From a virus (Duplodnaviria; Heunggongvirae; Uroviricota; Caudoviricetes): a stretch of 64,000 nucleotides of DNA. Positions 1 to 9,233 of this stretch are shown here, piece after piece. Both the position numbers and the translations under genes were made by a program. The stretch lies in IMG/VR virus record IMGVR_UViG_3300025316_001100, one strand, 5' to 3'. Under the pieces are notes generated by a model, which made no database searches, was not told the DNA's origin, and saw only the letters and a list, made by a program, of their open reading frames with translations. Positions within the stretch are counted from its first letter, which is position 1, and the number at the start of each line of letters is the position of its first letter.

Positions 1-150
1 GTTTTTTGGGTTTTGACCGTTGTTTGGGCAGGCTTGACCGTATGGACAGGCCACACCAATGGGGCATTGCCATTAATTATTAGTTTGGTTCCAGTGGCAA
101 CCGTTGCCGCTTTAGGTTATCAAACTGTCGGCCTTCCTACTAAGGAATAA
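1..150 (+). CDS. Partial CDS (3' end) of a hydrophobic, probably membrane protein; frame 1 ends TAA at 148-150
   Basis: Open frame from the window edge, translating ...VFWVLTVVWAGLTVWTGHTNGALPLIISLVPVATVAALGYQTVGLPTKE*; followed by a GC hairpin and T-run terminator. Confidence 0.3.
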   Translation, partial: VFWVLTVVWAGLTVWTGHTNGALPLIISLVPVATVAALGYQTVGLPTKE

Positions 151-153
151 GCC

Positions 154-190
154 TTGAAGGCCCGGAAGCGGAGCTTCCGGGCCTTTATGT
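154..190 (+). terminator. Rho-independent terminator (GGCCCGGAAGC-GGAG-CTTCCGGGCC then TTTATGTTT)
   Basis: Perfect 11-bp GC stem followed by a T-rich tract on the plus strand. It lies between the plus partial CDS and the converging minus gene 185..472. Confidence 0.5.
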
Positions 191-472
191 TTCATCTGGC
201 ACATCTATGATCTTGATGTTCCTACCGTCCCAACCGCAAATCATTTCTACAATCTTTTCGGCAGGCAAGACACCTTGAGCAACCAGGGCCTCGGCAATAT
301 TCCCAGCAAATCGCTCTAATCTGGTAATGCGATCTTCAATTCCGGTGCGTCTATCATAACGATCCCCATCATCGTCACGCAATTTACGTTCAACGAAATG
401 GGCGATGTTCTCAGATCGCACCTCATTGCCTCGCCATTCAAATTGTTCTAGTGGATCAACAATTTGCTTCAC
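185..472 (-). CDS. hypothetical protein (95 aa)
   Basis: ORF in the minus-strand gene chain; basic/acidic small protein. Confidence 0.45.
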   Translation of the reverse strand: MKQIVDPLEQFEWRGNEVRSENIAHFVERKLRDDDGDRYDRRTGIEDRITRLERFAGNIAEALVAQGVLPAEKIVEMICGWDGRNIKIIDVPDET

Positions 473-474
473 TG

Positions 475-714
475 TTATTCCTCCGACGTTTTTGCACCAG
501 CAAACAGTTTACCGATACGCTTTTCAGCATAACGATTCGGATCAGAAGATCCATTATCAATACGATTCTTGGGCGTAGTGTATTCACCAAATTCGTCCAG
601 ACACACTACGGTGCCATCCTCGTTCTCCTTGACAACCATGCTCTTGTGAGAGCCAAAACGAGAGGGGTACGGGTACTTCACTGTTGCCGCTACGGGCCTC
701 GATTCCTTTGACAT
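475..714 (-). CDS. hypothetical protein (79 aa)
   Basis: ORF tightly packed with its neighbours (3-nt gap). Confidence 0.4.
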   Translation of the reverse strand: MSKESRPVAATVKYPYPSRFGSHKSMVVKENEDGTVVCLDEFGEYTTPKNRIDNGSSDPNRYAEKRIGKLFAGAKTSEE

Positions 715-737
715 TTTACTCTCTCCTTGTAATTAAA

Positions 738-1298
738 CTATTTCTTGGGCAATGGTGCAAAACACCACTTGGGTTGATAGATGATTTCAATCATCGGTCC
801 CATAACCAAAAGATCACCACCAATAGGGTCTTCCACATTTGGCTTTTCCATGCAACACGCACCAGAAACTTCAACACAGGTTGCATTTTGCAACATCAAT
901 CCATCGCTGGTCACATCTTCAAGAATACCTCGATACTGGTAACGATTGCACAATACTGCAACTTGCTGGCCTGCAAATCTCTTCTTGGCCAATTTCAGCA
1001 TGGCCTGCACTGTGGTATTTGCAGCCGGTTCTTCGTTCGTGATTTGATTTACAAATTCTGGAAGATTCGCTACTGGACCCGCAGACTCAATGCAACAAGC
1101 AGCAATTACCACCTCTCCCTTTACGTCAGATTTAGACCTACTTCCACGTCCATAAGAGCCTCCCACAATATAATCTTCTATGTCGAGGGCAATTCCATCT
1201 GACAACACCTTCAACAGAGTGCCGGTGTAATAAGTATTACTTGCCAGCACTTTGATTTTGTGACCAATACACGCTTTCAGACTATTCAATACGCTCAT
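738..1298 (-). CDS. hypothetical protein (186 aa)
   Basis: ORF with SD AAGGAG 8 nt upstream; sigma70-like promoter at 1322-1350. Confidence 0.55.
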   Translation of the reverse strand: MSVLNSLKACIGHKIKVLASNTYYTGTLLKVLSDGIALDIEDYIVGGSYGRGSRSKSDVKGEVVIAACCIESAGPVANLPEFVNQITNEEPAANTTVQAMLKLAKKRFAGQQVAVLCNRYQYRGILEDVTSDGLMLQNATCVEVSGACCMEKPNVEDPIGGDLLVMGPMIEIIYQPKWCFAPLPKK

Positions 1299-1321
1299 TG
1301 CTTTGAACTCCTTATAAGAAG

Positions 1322-1350
1322 AATATACTACAACTTATGTTACTTGTAAA
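1322..1350 (-). promoter_or_regulatory. sigma70-type promoter TTTACA-N17-TATATT (minus strand)
   Basis: Reverse complement of 1322-1350 reads TTTACAagtaacataagttgtagTATATT; upstream of the gene starting at 1298. Confidence 0.5.
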
Positions 1351-1724
1351 CTAAAACGGGGAATATCGTCACCATTCAATGGTCGCATTTCACGGGCGGC
1401 AGCCGCAAGATCCAGTCCATCCAAAAGCGGAACATCATCTGCCTCACGCTGCCGCAGATGGCTATCGTCCTCTTCCTTATTGATGGTTTCTTCCATCTTA
1501 GTGATGTCCCGAAATAGCATCCTGGCTAATGGTGATCCTTCGCTTTGAAGCTTCAAGTATTCCATCACTTCATCGTAATAAACGAGAAGGGCCATCATTT
1601 TGGCAGAACAATTACACTGATTACCGATTTCCACTTCATAATCTTCATAATTACTGCCAACACCGCCACGACAACCGCCACGGTCTTGATGATCGGTACA
1701 CTGAAGATAATGACCACGCATCAA
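1335..1724 (-). CDS. hypothetical acidic protein (129 aa)
   Basis: ORF in the gene chain. Confidence 0.45.
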   Translation of the reverse strand: MMRGHYLQCTDHQDRGGCRGGVGSNYEDYEVEIGNQCNCSAKMMALLVYYDEVMEYLKLQSEGSPLARMLFRDITKMEETINKEEDDSHLRQREADDVPLLDGLDLAAAAREMRPLNGDDIPRFSLQVT

Positions 1725-1991
1725 TCAATCTCCTAAACAGTTGGTGTTTGTATAATAGACATTCAACGGTGCTTCCGGGTGTCGAACAAACACTTTTGGG
1801 GTCAAATGTCGAACCTTACGATTGTCCACTATTCTCTTGCTGCCGTCTGGCAATACGATCCTGCTCTTACAAACCCCATCTGGTTCGTGAATCGCAGTTA
1901 CGCACTTCACCTGGACCCACTTGCCTTCGGCCTTAATATAACCGAAGACGGGATCTTTCAATTCAATAGTAAGATACATTGTATCTGCCAT
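1725..1991 (-). CDS. hypothetical protein (88 aa)
   Basis: ORF; protein-like composition. Confidence 0.5.
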   Translation of the reverse strand: MADTMYLTIELKDPVFGYIKAEGKWVQVKCVTAIHEPDGVCKSRIVLPDGSKRIVDNRKVRHLTPKVFVRHPEAPLNVYYTNTNCLGD

Positions 1992-2187
1992 TATCCATGC
2001 TCCGACCAGGGTGGTTTTCCACGTTGGACTCTTGATTGTATTCCTGATATTCTTTTCGAGCTAGAAGTGCATCTAGCATCCTTCCACGTACTGCATACTC
2101 CATATCCGACTTTATGGTGTGACCGCCTAACATGATCGCCAATACCACGGGGAGTACACACAAGCATTCGCATCATCTTCATGCTAT

Positions 2188-2216
2188 ATTATAGCCCAGA
2201 ATATGATCGTTGTAAA
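2188..2216 (-). promoter_or_regulatory. sigma70-type promoter TTTACA-N17-TATAAT (minus)
   Basis: Reverse complement gives TTTACAacgatcatattctgggcTATAAT. The downstream gene assignment is ambiguous because two overlapping ORFs (1963-2163 and 1991-2182) lie in different frames. Confidence 0.4.
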
Positions 2217-2268
2217 CAAAGCCTTGCCCGCCACGGTGGCGGGCAAGGCAGGGGCGAGAACATTGCAT

Positions 2269-2472
2269 TTATGAAAATTGTAATGTCATCGCAATGGCAA
2301 TTTTACGTTCAAAAACCATGCCACAAAATGCCGTCCACTTGGTCTTATGAGCAAAATCCATTATGATTTGCAACTCTTGAACATCTTCGACCTTGGCATC
2401 ATAATACTTAGCCAATGAAACCACATTAGCTTTTGCCTTAGCGTCTTGAAATTCAGCAGCAATCTTGAGCAT
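2269..2472 (-). CDS. hypothetical protein (67 aa)
   Basis: ORF. Confidence 0.35.
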   Translation of the reverse strand: MLKIAAEFQDAKAKANVVSLAKYYDAKVEDVQELQIIMDFAHKTKWTAFCGMVFERKIAIAMTLQFS

Positions 2473-2474
2473 GA

Positions 2475-2732
2475 TTACTTTCGACCAATGGCCTCGGCCG
2501 TAATGCGAGTAGCCTGCTTGCGATTAAAACCAGCTTTTCGCAATTCATGATAAGTCAGTCTCGCCATACGTGCTGTAGCTTTTGCCACACGTTCGCCAAG
2601 TCCGCTTTCCACAAGATATTCAGATACTTGTGCGGTGACCTCTAGCGAAGATCGCATTTGGCCAACCATTTCTTCCAGTTCTTCTTGTTCGTCTTCTTTC
2701 GACATGATCTTCTTTCTATTTAGGTGTCCCAA
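2475..2732 (-). CDS. hypothetical protein (85 aa), acidic N-terminus and basic C-terminus
   Basis: ORF. Confidence 0.45.
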   Translation of the reverse strand: MGHLNRKKIMSKEDEQEELEEMVGQMRSSLEVTAQVSEYLVESGLGERVAKATARMARLTYHELRKAGFNRKQATRITAEAIGRK

Positions 2733-3094
2733 CTTGTGCCCAAACTGGCTAATTCTTCTTTAGTCCATTCTGGTTCCGCTTCTAGTTTCCAAAGATAACA
2801 TCCTTGACTGGCACCTTTGGTGTTGGCATGACGCCAACCATACCAATAAGCTGTAGCGACCTGATTGATCGTGTTACGCAACTCATCGGACATTTCTGGC
2901 AAACCCTTGCTATCCATGCCTGACATTCCAAACACGCCAGAACTCACATTGATTGCAAATTTACCCACACGAACAAGCTGATCTTGGTGCGCAAAGCTAT
3001 TGTCTTTTGTAAAGACATGTACAGTGGCCACACCGACCAATTCATTCTTTTCGTTTGGATCTTTTTCCCACTTAATGTCAACTCTTGTATGCAT
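2720..3094 (-). CDS. hypothetical protein (124 aa)
   Basis: ORF. Confidence 0.5.
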   Translation of the reverse strand: MHTRVDIKWEKDPNEKNELVGVATVHVFTKDNSFAHQDQLVRVGKFAINVSSGVFGMSGMDSKGLPEMSDELRNTINQVATAYWYGWRHANTKGASQGCYLWKLEAEPEWTKEELASLGTSWDT

Positions 3095-3095
3095 T

Positions 3096-3334
3096 TTAAT
3101 CTATGTTTCTATTGAGAGCTTTTGTAATGATCTTGGAATCTTCCTCGCCACGGGAGGCTACGCCCAATGAGACGCTCTTGCCATAGCAATAAGCAACTAT
3201 TTTACCATCTTCTGGAACTAAGTCAACCGTCCCTGCTCCTAGCACATTTCCTCTGGACATCTGTGCGTGTTCTAAAATGGGATCAAACATCATGAATATG
3301 TTGCAACAAGAGACTTCTGTCACGATGTATTTCA
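3096..3334 (-). CDS. hypothetical protein (about 79 aa, MKYIVTEVSCC...), re-started relative to track ORF 3096..3542
   Basis: The N-terminal 70 aa of the track ORF is low-complexity. An ATGA stop/start overlap with the upstream 68-aa ORF and GGAGGA 9 nt upstream support an internal start. Confidence 0.35.
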
Positions 3335-3538
3335 TGTGATCGAACATAATTCCAAGTCCTCCACATTCCAACTGTAGAAGCCATTCACTAGCTTGTCTAA
3401 TCTGACACCGCCCAGTATGTCGGCGTAAATAAAAACAACAGTCCTGATCTGCCCCTGGCACTTTATTTGTTGATTCAGTAAAGTACCCGACTTCCACATT
3501 TGCATTAGCTTGTTCATGCCGCTTCCTTCCAGTGCCAC
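3332..3538 (-). CDS. hypothetical protein (68 aa)
   Basis: Alternative frame to 3096..3542; RBS GGAAGGAAG; ends in an ATGA overlap with the next gene. Confidence 0.35.
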   Translation of the reverse strand: MALEGSGMNKLMQMWKSGTLLNQQIKCQGQIRTVVFIYADILGGVRLDKLVNGFYSWNVEDLELCSIT

Positions 3539-3676
3539 ACACGTGGCGTTTTCTCAGCGTTGTGCGACTTCAATTCACGATGCTGGCACTGTTCGGGTTC
3601 ATATCCCCGCTTCTTGTTCCGCTTGTTATTACGGTCCAACGAGGACCGCTTATATTGCTTACCGCTCTTACCCATG

Positions 3677-3704
3677 ATTATACTACCGTTTCTCCTTTTG
3701 TAAA
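3677..3704 (-). promoter_or_regulatory. sigma70-type promoter TTTACA-N16-(GTAG)TATAAT (minus)
   Basis: Reverse complement gives TTTACAaaaggagaaacggtagTATAAT; a leader of about 130 nt precedes the 3538 start. Confidence 0.5.
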
Positions 3705-4198
3705 GCTTTCCTCCATCCAGGCGGATGAGGAGTTATATCCACCCGGTTGAACGCCGGATGATATTTCAATTCATAATCACGTGGGTTTTGTACCCGCATG
3801 ACACTCATAGTGACATATGCAATAAAATGCTTTTTGAACTTTGCCCACGTAACAATCTTGCCACGTTCAAATCGTTGAAATTGAAAGGCTTGTTCTTCGG
3901 GAAAATCTGCACTAAACATTTTATTGCTAAGAATCTTCAATCCCTTGAATGTAATTTCAGCGTCCAATTGAACGAATCCATCGCACATCAATCGAAATCG
4001 TTTCATTTCTTTGGGCGGCGGATCACCCGGCCTGCCGCACATTGGAGCAAAAGTTTCCGGGTTACGCTGGTACGCATCGTGATTGACTACATCACATCTG
4101 ATAATCAACCAGCTTTTAAGACCGATCTTATTCAGATCTTCAATCTTTTGTTCGATGGTCTTCATTTCAACTCTTTCCATAGAAAGCCACAAAGCCAA
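3683..4198 (-). CDS. hypothetical protein (171 aa)
   Basis: ORF; the start may lie at an internal Met because the annotated start overlaps the promoter at 3677-3704. Confidence 0.45.
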   Translation of the reverse strand: MALWLSMERVEMKTIEQKIEDLNKIGLKSWLIIRCDVVNHDAYQRNPETFAPMCGRPGDPPPKEMKRFRLMCDGFVQLDAEITFKGLKILSNKMFSADFPEEQAFQFQRFERGKIVTWAKFKKHFIAYVTMSVMRVQNPRDYELKYHPAFNRVDITPHPPGWRKALQKEKR

Positions 4199-4385
4199 GA
4201 ACTATTTTTTCCAGAGCCAAGAGCTTCAAATCGTCTGTATTTGCTGGACACGAAAACTCCCAGGCTCCATCGACCCAAGTCATTGTCACTGGCAATTTAG
4301 TTCTACGCAAAGCACTTTGCACCTTAGTCATTGGCCCAGTGCTATGGTATCGTAAAATCAATTGTCTTACTGATTGACTCATTAC
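4167..4385 (-). CDS. hypothetical protein (about 72 aa, start at the internal Met MSQSV)
   Basis: Track ORF 4167..4424 is trimmed so the overlap with the upstream gene becomes an ATGA junction. Confidence 0.35.
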   Translation of the reverse strand, partial: VMSQSVRQLILRYHSTGPMTKVQSALRRTKLPVTMTWVDGAWEFSCPANTDDLKLLALEKIVLGFVAFYGKS

Positions 4386-4579
4386 AAAATCTCGACTTCG
4401 ACGCTCGGCTTGATATAAGCCCATTTGGTAAGACCGCCATCATTACGAGCGATCCTAATTCGCTTACGGTCACCGTCAACATGGACATCACTCCAAGTGA
4501 CACGGCCTTTCAGCAAACGAAAACCCTTGCGATATTGCAGCTTGGGCAAATCCAAAAGCTGATGAACTCTAACTCTCAT
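4382..4579 (-). CDS. hypothetical basic protein (66 aa, MRVRVHQLLDLPKLQYRKGF...)
   Basis: C-terminal part of track ORF 4382..4696; RBS GAAGGAG directly upstream of ATGAGAGTT. Confidence 0.4.
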   Translation of the reverse strand: MRVRVHQLLDLPKLQYRKGFRLLKGRVTWSDVHVDGDRKRIRIARNDGGLTKWAYIKPSVEVEIL

Positions 4580-4580
4580 T

Positions 4581-4748
4581 TCATGCTCCTTCTTCACTAA
4601 AGATAATGATTTTGTTTTCACTGACTTCGATCTCACTGACGGTCGAACCACCAGCCGTTCCCACACTGGAAGCGTCAGTATAGACAACGATCTCAACTTC
4701 CAGTTCTGGATGTTTCAATAGTTCGGCAGCCAAGTCTTTGGCTTTCAT
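4581..4748 (-). CDS. small acidic protein (55 aa, MKAKDLAAELLKHPELEVEIVVYTD...), not in the ORF track
   Basis: Clean ORF in another frame; TAATG overlap with the upstream micro-ORF. Confidence 0.4.
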   Translation of the reverse strand: MKAKDLAAELLKHPELEVEIVVYTDASSVGTAGGSTVSEIEVSENKIIIFSEEGA

Positions 4749-4913
4749 TATTGTTGCTCCGCTGAAATTGAAAACCGGGTTTCTGTTCTGGGGTCAACCA
4801 CACTATCAGGCCCCAATATACGCCAATACTCTATTCGGCCAGTACGGGGATTTATCAAAGAAACCGTTACTTCGGCTTCTTGATTGTGTTCCTGCAATTG
4901 CTCGATCAAACGA
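4749..4913 (-). CDS. small protein (54 aa, MRNDRLIEQLQEHNQEAEV...), not in the ORF track
   Basis: ORF read manually from the minus strand; stop overlaps the next start. Confidence 0.3.
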
Positions 4914-4925
4914 TCATTTCTCATT

Positions 4926-5264
4926 TCAACAGCCCTTCATTTGCACACCAAGTAGATCGGCAAGTTCTTGCTTAAATTCCTTCTTGCCATCGTGCAGACC
5001 ATCGCCATAAGCACAACCGATCATTTCATCAACATGGGTGACAGAATGATTGTGTTGCCAACCATCCGACGTATCGTGGCCACCAAAGTCGTAGGCGGGT
5101 TTGCCATCGGTACACGTGCCAGCTATCTTACGAATGTTGAAGACGTAACCATGTATTCGCATTTCCCATAATTGACCAACAATAATCTCCTGGCAACCAA
5201 AGGCTTTCAAAACCTTGGGAGTGATACGAATACCGGGAATGGAATCATCTGTTCTGGGTTTCAT
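4926..5264 (-). CDS. hypothetical protein (112 aa), His/Asp-rich, possible metal-binding hydrolase fold
   Basis: ORF; GGHDTSDGWQHNHSVTHVD segment. Confidence 0.45.
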   Translation of the reverse strand: MKPRTDDSIPGIRITPKVLKAFGCQEIIVGQLWEMRIHGYVFNIRKIAGTCTDGKPAYDFGGHDTSDGWQHNHSVTHVDEMIGCAYGDGLHDGKKEFKQELADLLGVQMKGC

Positions 5265-5562
5265 TTTGTTCTTTCACCAATTGTTCAACAATCTTTTGTG
5301 CTTGCAAGAGCATGTACAAAGCCGGATAGTTCTCATCGCCCGGTTGAGCACTCATAAGGTGTTCACTACGATAGACGGTAATCAATGCCACATCTGGAGC
5401 ATCAGGATGTCGATAATAATACTCCCTGCTGCCACCAAGGGAAATAGACTGTTCTTTATCGTGATTTTCATGAATACCAAATCCCCTCCACGGACCAATT
5501 CGCTCGGGCTTATCCATCGAATTGATGAAGGCACAAGGCACAAATGTTACTTTCTCGTCCAT
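5245..5562 (-). CDS. hypothetical protein (105 aa)
   Basis: ORF. Confidence 0.45.
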   Translation of the reverse strand: MDEKVTFVPCAFINSMDKPERIGPWRGFGIHENHDKEQSISLGGSREYYYRHPDAPDVALITVYRSEHLMSAQPGDENYPALYMLLQAQKIVEQLVKEQNETQNR

Positions 5563-5564
5563 AT

Positions 5565-5816
5565 TTAACCCTTCTTAGTTGCAATGTGTCGCACCATATC
5601 TTCCTTACGGTACGCAGTTTGACCCCAGGCTTGATGGTGAGTATTGGTTTCCCACCCATTTTCATACCGCAACCACCACGTTCCGCCTGAACGGAATAGG
5701 ATAGCCATCATGGGCCGCATCGGCGGCTCCTTGGTATAAAGTTCGTAAAGTCCAACAGGTGTTAATGTTTTCATTGTGTTATCGGTAGTACCGTAAACCA
5801 TCATCTTTGGCAACAA
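5565..5816 (-). CDS. hypothetical protein (83 aa)
   Basis: ORF. Confidence 0.4.
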   Translation of the reverse strand: MLPKMMVYGTTDNTMKTLTPVGLYELYTKEPPMRPMMAILFRSGGTWWLRYENGWETNTHHQAWGQTAYRKEDMVRHIATKKG

Positions 5817-5992
5817 ACCATCTCTTTAGAAAACGAGTGCCCGGTTTACAACACTCCTCAATCGAAAATTCTCGATAATGAATTGCTCCATAACCGAAGT
5901 TGACTTCACTTTGCGTGGGAGGCCGATGGTACGTGACTGTCACCACATCTTCTCTTACTGGTAATGGCATGATTATTGTCCTATCTGATTTC

Positions 5993-6012
5993 TCTTATAC
6001 ACCCGGACTGAG
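5993..6012 (-). promoter_or_regulatory. conserved 20-bp intergenic element, copy 1 (minus: CTCAGTCCGGGTGTATAAGA)
   Basis: Exact family member. Its TAA supplies the stop of upstream ORF 5995..6402 (..SPGV*), and an RBS and start follow downstream. Confidence 0.6.
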
Positions 6013-6402
6013 CTTTTGTGCCGGTCGCTTCTTGGCTTTGCGGTCATTAAGTTCTCGTTGTAACCGGATAACTTCCTTATTCAACTGAATGATTTCATTT
6101 TGTCTTGACGAAAGGCACGCTTGAAAATGATCGCTACTCACATAATCAATGTCATTCCGCACATCACCCAACATCTTGAATTTCTTGATGGTGGCAGGGT
6201 CTCGACCACTCCTTTTCACAGCCTCTCGCAACGTATCTTCACCCATATCTTTGGTAACATAATATTCGACTTTAATCGGTTTCATAAACCGCTTATCGGT
6301 CAAACAACCACCCAAAAGAAACATCATAGGAACCTGATTCCTACGCTTTTTTCTTGCCTTCCACTGTCGGGCTGTAGTGCATCGAACTTTCCAAAGATAC
6401 AT
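5995..6402 (-). CDS. hypothetical protein (135 aa), coiled-coil C-terminus
   Basis: ORF ending inside the 20-bp element. Confidence 0.5.
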   Translation of the reverse strand: MYLWKVRCTTARQWKARKKRRNQVPMMFLLGGCLTDKRFMKPIKVEYYVTKDMGEDTLREAVKRSGRDPATIKKFKMLGDVRNDIDYVSSDHFQACLSSRQNEIIQLNKEVIRLQRELNDRKAKKRPAQKLSPGV

Positions 6403-6838
6403 CGTAATTTCCTTTCGATTAAATAAAAACGGACACTTGGGGGTGGTATTTCATTATTGGCGTCATTTGGTGTTATCCACTAACTACGATGCTTGCAAGT
6501 CGTCGCAGATCATCTATAACCCCATCGGCCTCCCACCTATACTACACGCCAAGGATTTATCACTCATGCGCATGGCGTCCGTCTTGTTTCAAAAAAGTAA
6601 TGGTAGGCGTACAGTTACGTCAAAGGCAGGGGTTAAACTGGCAATTACACCCTATGGGTCTTACCCACTTTGTTCAGTTCCCAATCGTGCTTCTTCGTAT
6701 GTGCCATAGCCGCCAGTGAGGTTTAGGCTTTCCAAAGTTGCTGTGATAGACGGTTCAATACCGTCCTCTTCCATTCTGGGAACGTGGCCACTCATTAAAG
6801 CTGACTTTCTAGGCCCACTACCTACCACTACTTAATTC

Positions 6839-7525
6839 TTAATTTTCACTTACTTCCTTGCCGCCAGTAATTTCATTTACTAGCCGCACACAAGCCAATG
6901 CATGGGCCAAAGTCACACCGCCCGGCAAGATCACGCTGGGCAGATTCTTGTTGGCTTCGGCCTCGGCTTGCTCCAAAAGTTCTACCGCCTGCTTAATCCT
7001 CACCTTACCCGACTTGACCAATGCAGGACTGCCATTCCTAGCACCTTCATCTTCTTGCATGATGCCTTGAATAGTAGCCAAAGCTGCACCAAAACGCACA
7101 ATGTCTGCTGCACGTTCGCTAGGGGTGGTGATTCGCACTTCGCAGTTTTCATCGCACTGCTCAGGCAAAGTAACACGGAAACAAGACTTTCGGGTATCAA
7201 TACCTTGACGCCGGGCACCACACTGGGGGCACGTCTTCACATACTCTTCTTCCTCAACCCACTTACCCTGCTTGCTCCATTCGGCATCAGGATGCTCCCA
7301 ATGTCCTTTCACCCATTTACGACCACATTGGTGACAAGTAGCACGGGGTTTGCCACCCGTAGCTTTCTCGCCCACCACATCGGCAGAAACAGATACCGCA
7401 CAATCGGACTTCGTACCATTGTCGGTATTCACTCGACACCAACCACCATTGGTATTTTGCCGACCGCCGACACTGACTTGACGATTATCGTTACCTGCCG
7501 TAATATAAACATTCATTCGAGCCAT
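6839..7525 (-). CDS. hypothetical protein (228 aa) with CxxC Zn-ribbon motifs
   Basis: ORF; CHQCG...CPQCG pairs. Confidence 0.55.
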   Translation of the reverse strand: MARMNVYITAGNDNRQVSVGGRQNTNGGWCRVNTDNGTKSDCAVSVSADVVGEKATGGKPRATCHQCGRKWVKGHWEHPDAEWSKQGKWVEEEEYVKTCPQCGARRQGIDTRKSCFRVTLPEQCDENCEVRITTPSERAADIVRFGAALATIQGIMQEDEGARNGSPALVKSGKVRIKQAVELLEQAEAEANKNLPSVILPGGVTLAHALACVRLVNEITGGKEVSEN

Positions 7526-7537
7526 GAATAATCCCTT

Positions 7538-7675
7538 TCATTTAATACAAAAACTGTAAGCAACAGCCACCCAAGCTGCCACTGCTCCTGACACAGAAAT
7601 AGCACAAGCTACCGTAGCCCCGAAGATGGTCCAATCGAATTGATTGCCGATATAAAACCAACTCAGCTTTAGCAT
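7538..7675 (-). CDS. small membrane protein (45 aa, MLKLSWFYIGNQFDWTIFGATVACAISVSGAVAAWVAVAYSFCIK), not in the ORF track
   Basis: 20-bp element, then AGGAG, then ATG 6 nt later; one predicted TM helix. Confidence 0.4.
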   Translation of the reverse strand: MLKLSWFYIGNQFDWTIFGATVACAISVSGAVAAWVAVAYSFCIK

Positions 7676-7685
7676 GACTTGCTCC

Positions 7686-7706
7686 TTGTTATACACCTGG
7701 ACTCAC
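7686..7706 (-). promoter_or_regulatory. conserved 20-bp element, copy 2 (minus: TGAGTCCAGGTGTATAACA)
   Basis: Directly followed by AGGAGcaagtcATG. Confidence 0.6.
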
Positions 7707-7916
7707 GAATCGCAACTGCCATTCAGCATCCCTCTGACCAGCCTGAAACAAGGCCCAATCGTCAGGATACAGACCAATATCATCAAACTTTGCCAAGGTT
7801 TCCTCGCACACCTGCTTTACCTTGGCCCAATCTTTCTTGTTCCTAGCTCTGGTCAAGGCAGACTTGCCAGCCCTGAACGCTTTGGTACAAGTGTCATATT
7901 GAACTTGTGTAGGCAC
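7689..7916 (-). CDS. hypothetical protein (75 aa)
   Basis: ORF ending ..SPGV* inside the element. Confidence 0.45.
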   Translation of the reverse strand: MPTQVQYDTCTKAFRAGKSALTRARNKKDWAKVKQVCEETLAKFDDIGLYPDDWALFQAGQRDAEWQLRFVSPGV

Positions 7917-8344
7917 TATTTACTCCTATGCTTTCGTATCAACTCCACGGCACTCTCTGGATCAATTTCTTCCATGCCCTGAAATCGATCTTCAATCAAT
8001 CGATTGTCTTTCATAGGCACCCACACTTCCGAAGTGTAATTGTATGGGGTACACTCTCCAACCATCCTGCCGCCAACTTCGACAAAACTGATCGAAAAAT
8101 TAACGCCACCCTTAGTTCCGTCATAGTATTCGCTTTCGCAAATTGTAAACGAAACATCAATGTCGTGATCTTCAAACTCTTCAGGATTACCGAAGTGAAC
8201 ACCAAAACTCCATTGGTGCTGATCGCCGCACATGTCTGCCGGTGCATCAACCACGAATCCAGCATCCCTTAAAGCACCCGCTGTTTTCTTTAGGATAGAC
8301 ATGATCCTAGCTTCATACTTTTTCTTGATCTGTTCAGCAGTCAT
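7916..8344 (-). CDS. hypothetical protein (142 aa)
   Basis: ORF; SD AAGGAG after the element at 8364-8383. Confidence 0.55.
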   Translation of the reverse strand: MTAEQIKKKYEARIMSILKKTAGALRDAGFVVDAPADMCGDQHQWSFGVHFGNPEEFEDHDIDVSFTICESEYYDGTKGGVNFSISFVEVGGRMVGECTPYNYTSEVWVPMKDNRLIEDRFQGMEEIDPESAVELIRKHRSK

Positions 8345-8363
8345 TTCAAATCTCCTTGCCTTG

Positions 8364-8383
8364 TGTTATACACCCGGACTCAG
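8364..8383 (-). promoter_or_regulatory. conserved 20-bp element, copy 3 (minus: CTGAGTCCGGGTGTATAACA)
   Basis: Its TGA is the stop of upstream ORF 8380..8613; SD AAGGAG follows. Confidence 0.6.
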
Positions 8384-8613
8384 CGTTGTTCCACATCCCG
8401 AAGTTTTAGCACCTTAATTGTCACCTGATCGGGGGGCACCTTAGTGCCACGCTCGGCATTGTGAACTGCCAGTCCGACGACCATGTTTTCTCGGACTTTT
8501 TTCTCTACAGCCTCTATCGCTGCATCCTGATCGTCTGCCTCCACAAAGGTAGATTGATGAGCCGCTTCGGCCCAGGCAGGACATTCAAGTGCCACACGTG
8601 CCCAATACAACAT
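8380..8613 (-). CDS. hypothetical protein (77 aa)
   Basis: ORF. Confidence 0.45.
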   Translation of the reverse strand: MLYWARVALECPAWAEAAHQSTFVEADDQDAAIEAVEKKVRENMVVGLAVHNAERGTKVPPDQVTIKVLKLRDVEQR

Positions 8614-8981
8614 TAAACAAATGTCCTTTGCAAAACGTCAATGGCCTCTTCAAGTTGATGCCGAATAAGTGACTTGTCGGCATTACGCTCGGCAGCATAT
8701 TGCTTTAGGACTTGTTTTGCAATATCCAAGGCAAAGCAATGAACCCACGGCCCATTAATTTCTTCGACTTCACTCAATACCGGACTGATGTGAATTTTCA
8801 ATTCACGGTGCAAGCCACTGGTTTTACCGTATGTATGCCAAAATCCAGCCGGTCCACCCGGTTTAGACCCGGTGGGAACCTCCAACTTGACTTCCAATTT
8901 AGAATCTAATGTACCAAGAACCTCATTTGCCTTGCTGCTAACAGCACGGCAGAATTCCTTAATAGTTCTTTTCTTTTCCAT
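8613..8981 (-). CDS. hypothetical protein (122 aa)
   Basis: ORF. Confidence 0.5.
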   Translation of the reverse strand: MEKKRTIKEFCRAVSSKANEVLGTLDSKLEVKLEVPTGSKPGGPAGFWHTYGKTSGLHRELKIHISPVLSEVEEINGPWVHCFALDIAKQVLKQYAAERNADKSLIRHQLEEAIDVLQRTFV

Positions 8982-9175
8982 TACGATGCCCTTCTACCAA
9001 GACGCAATTCCACACCAGCATCCTTTGCTAGTTTGCCTAGAGTGGGACGACTAACCTTAGTTCCCTCCCCTGCCAAAACTGCCTGGGCTCCCATCGTGCC
9101 ATGCTTTCGCACCAAGGCCACAATATGACGGGCCAAACGACCCTTATACACAACTGGACGACCTCGTTCTGCCAT
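8981..9175 (-). CDS. hypothetical basic protein (64 aa)
   Basis: ORF; SD AAGGAG; promoter at 9196-9224. Confidence 0.5.
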   Translation of the reverse strand: MAERGRPVVYKGRLARHIVALVRKHGTMGAQAVLAGEGTKVSRPTLGKLAKDAGVELRLGRRAS

Positions 9176-9195
9176 GATTCACTCCTTTGCAAAAA

Positions 9196-9224
9196 TTATA
9201 CTACGCTATCGGCTAATTGTAAAC
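9196..9224 (-). promoter_or_regulatory. sigma70-type promoter TTTACA-N17-(GTAG)TATAAT (minus)
   Basis: Reverse complement gives TTTACAattagccgatagcgtagTATAAT. Confidence 0.6.
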
Positions 9225-9233
9225 TAAGTCCAT

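Noticed and set aside
3532-4355. Plus-strand track ORFs antisense to the minus-strand gene chain (for example 3725-4300, 6902-7531, 8712-8909 and 54963-55619)
   Set aside because: They overlap better-supported minus-strand genes along most of their length, lack SD sites and have skewed composition (Leu/Ser/Phe-rich). They are typical shadow ORFs.
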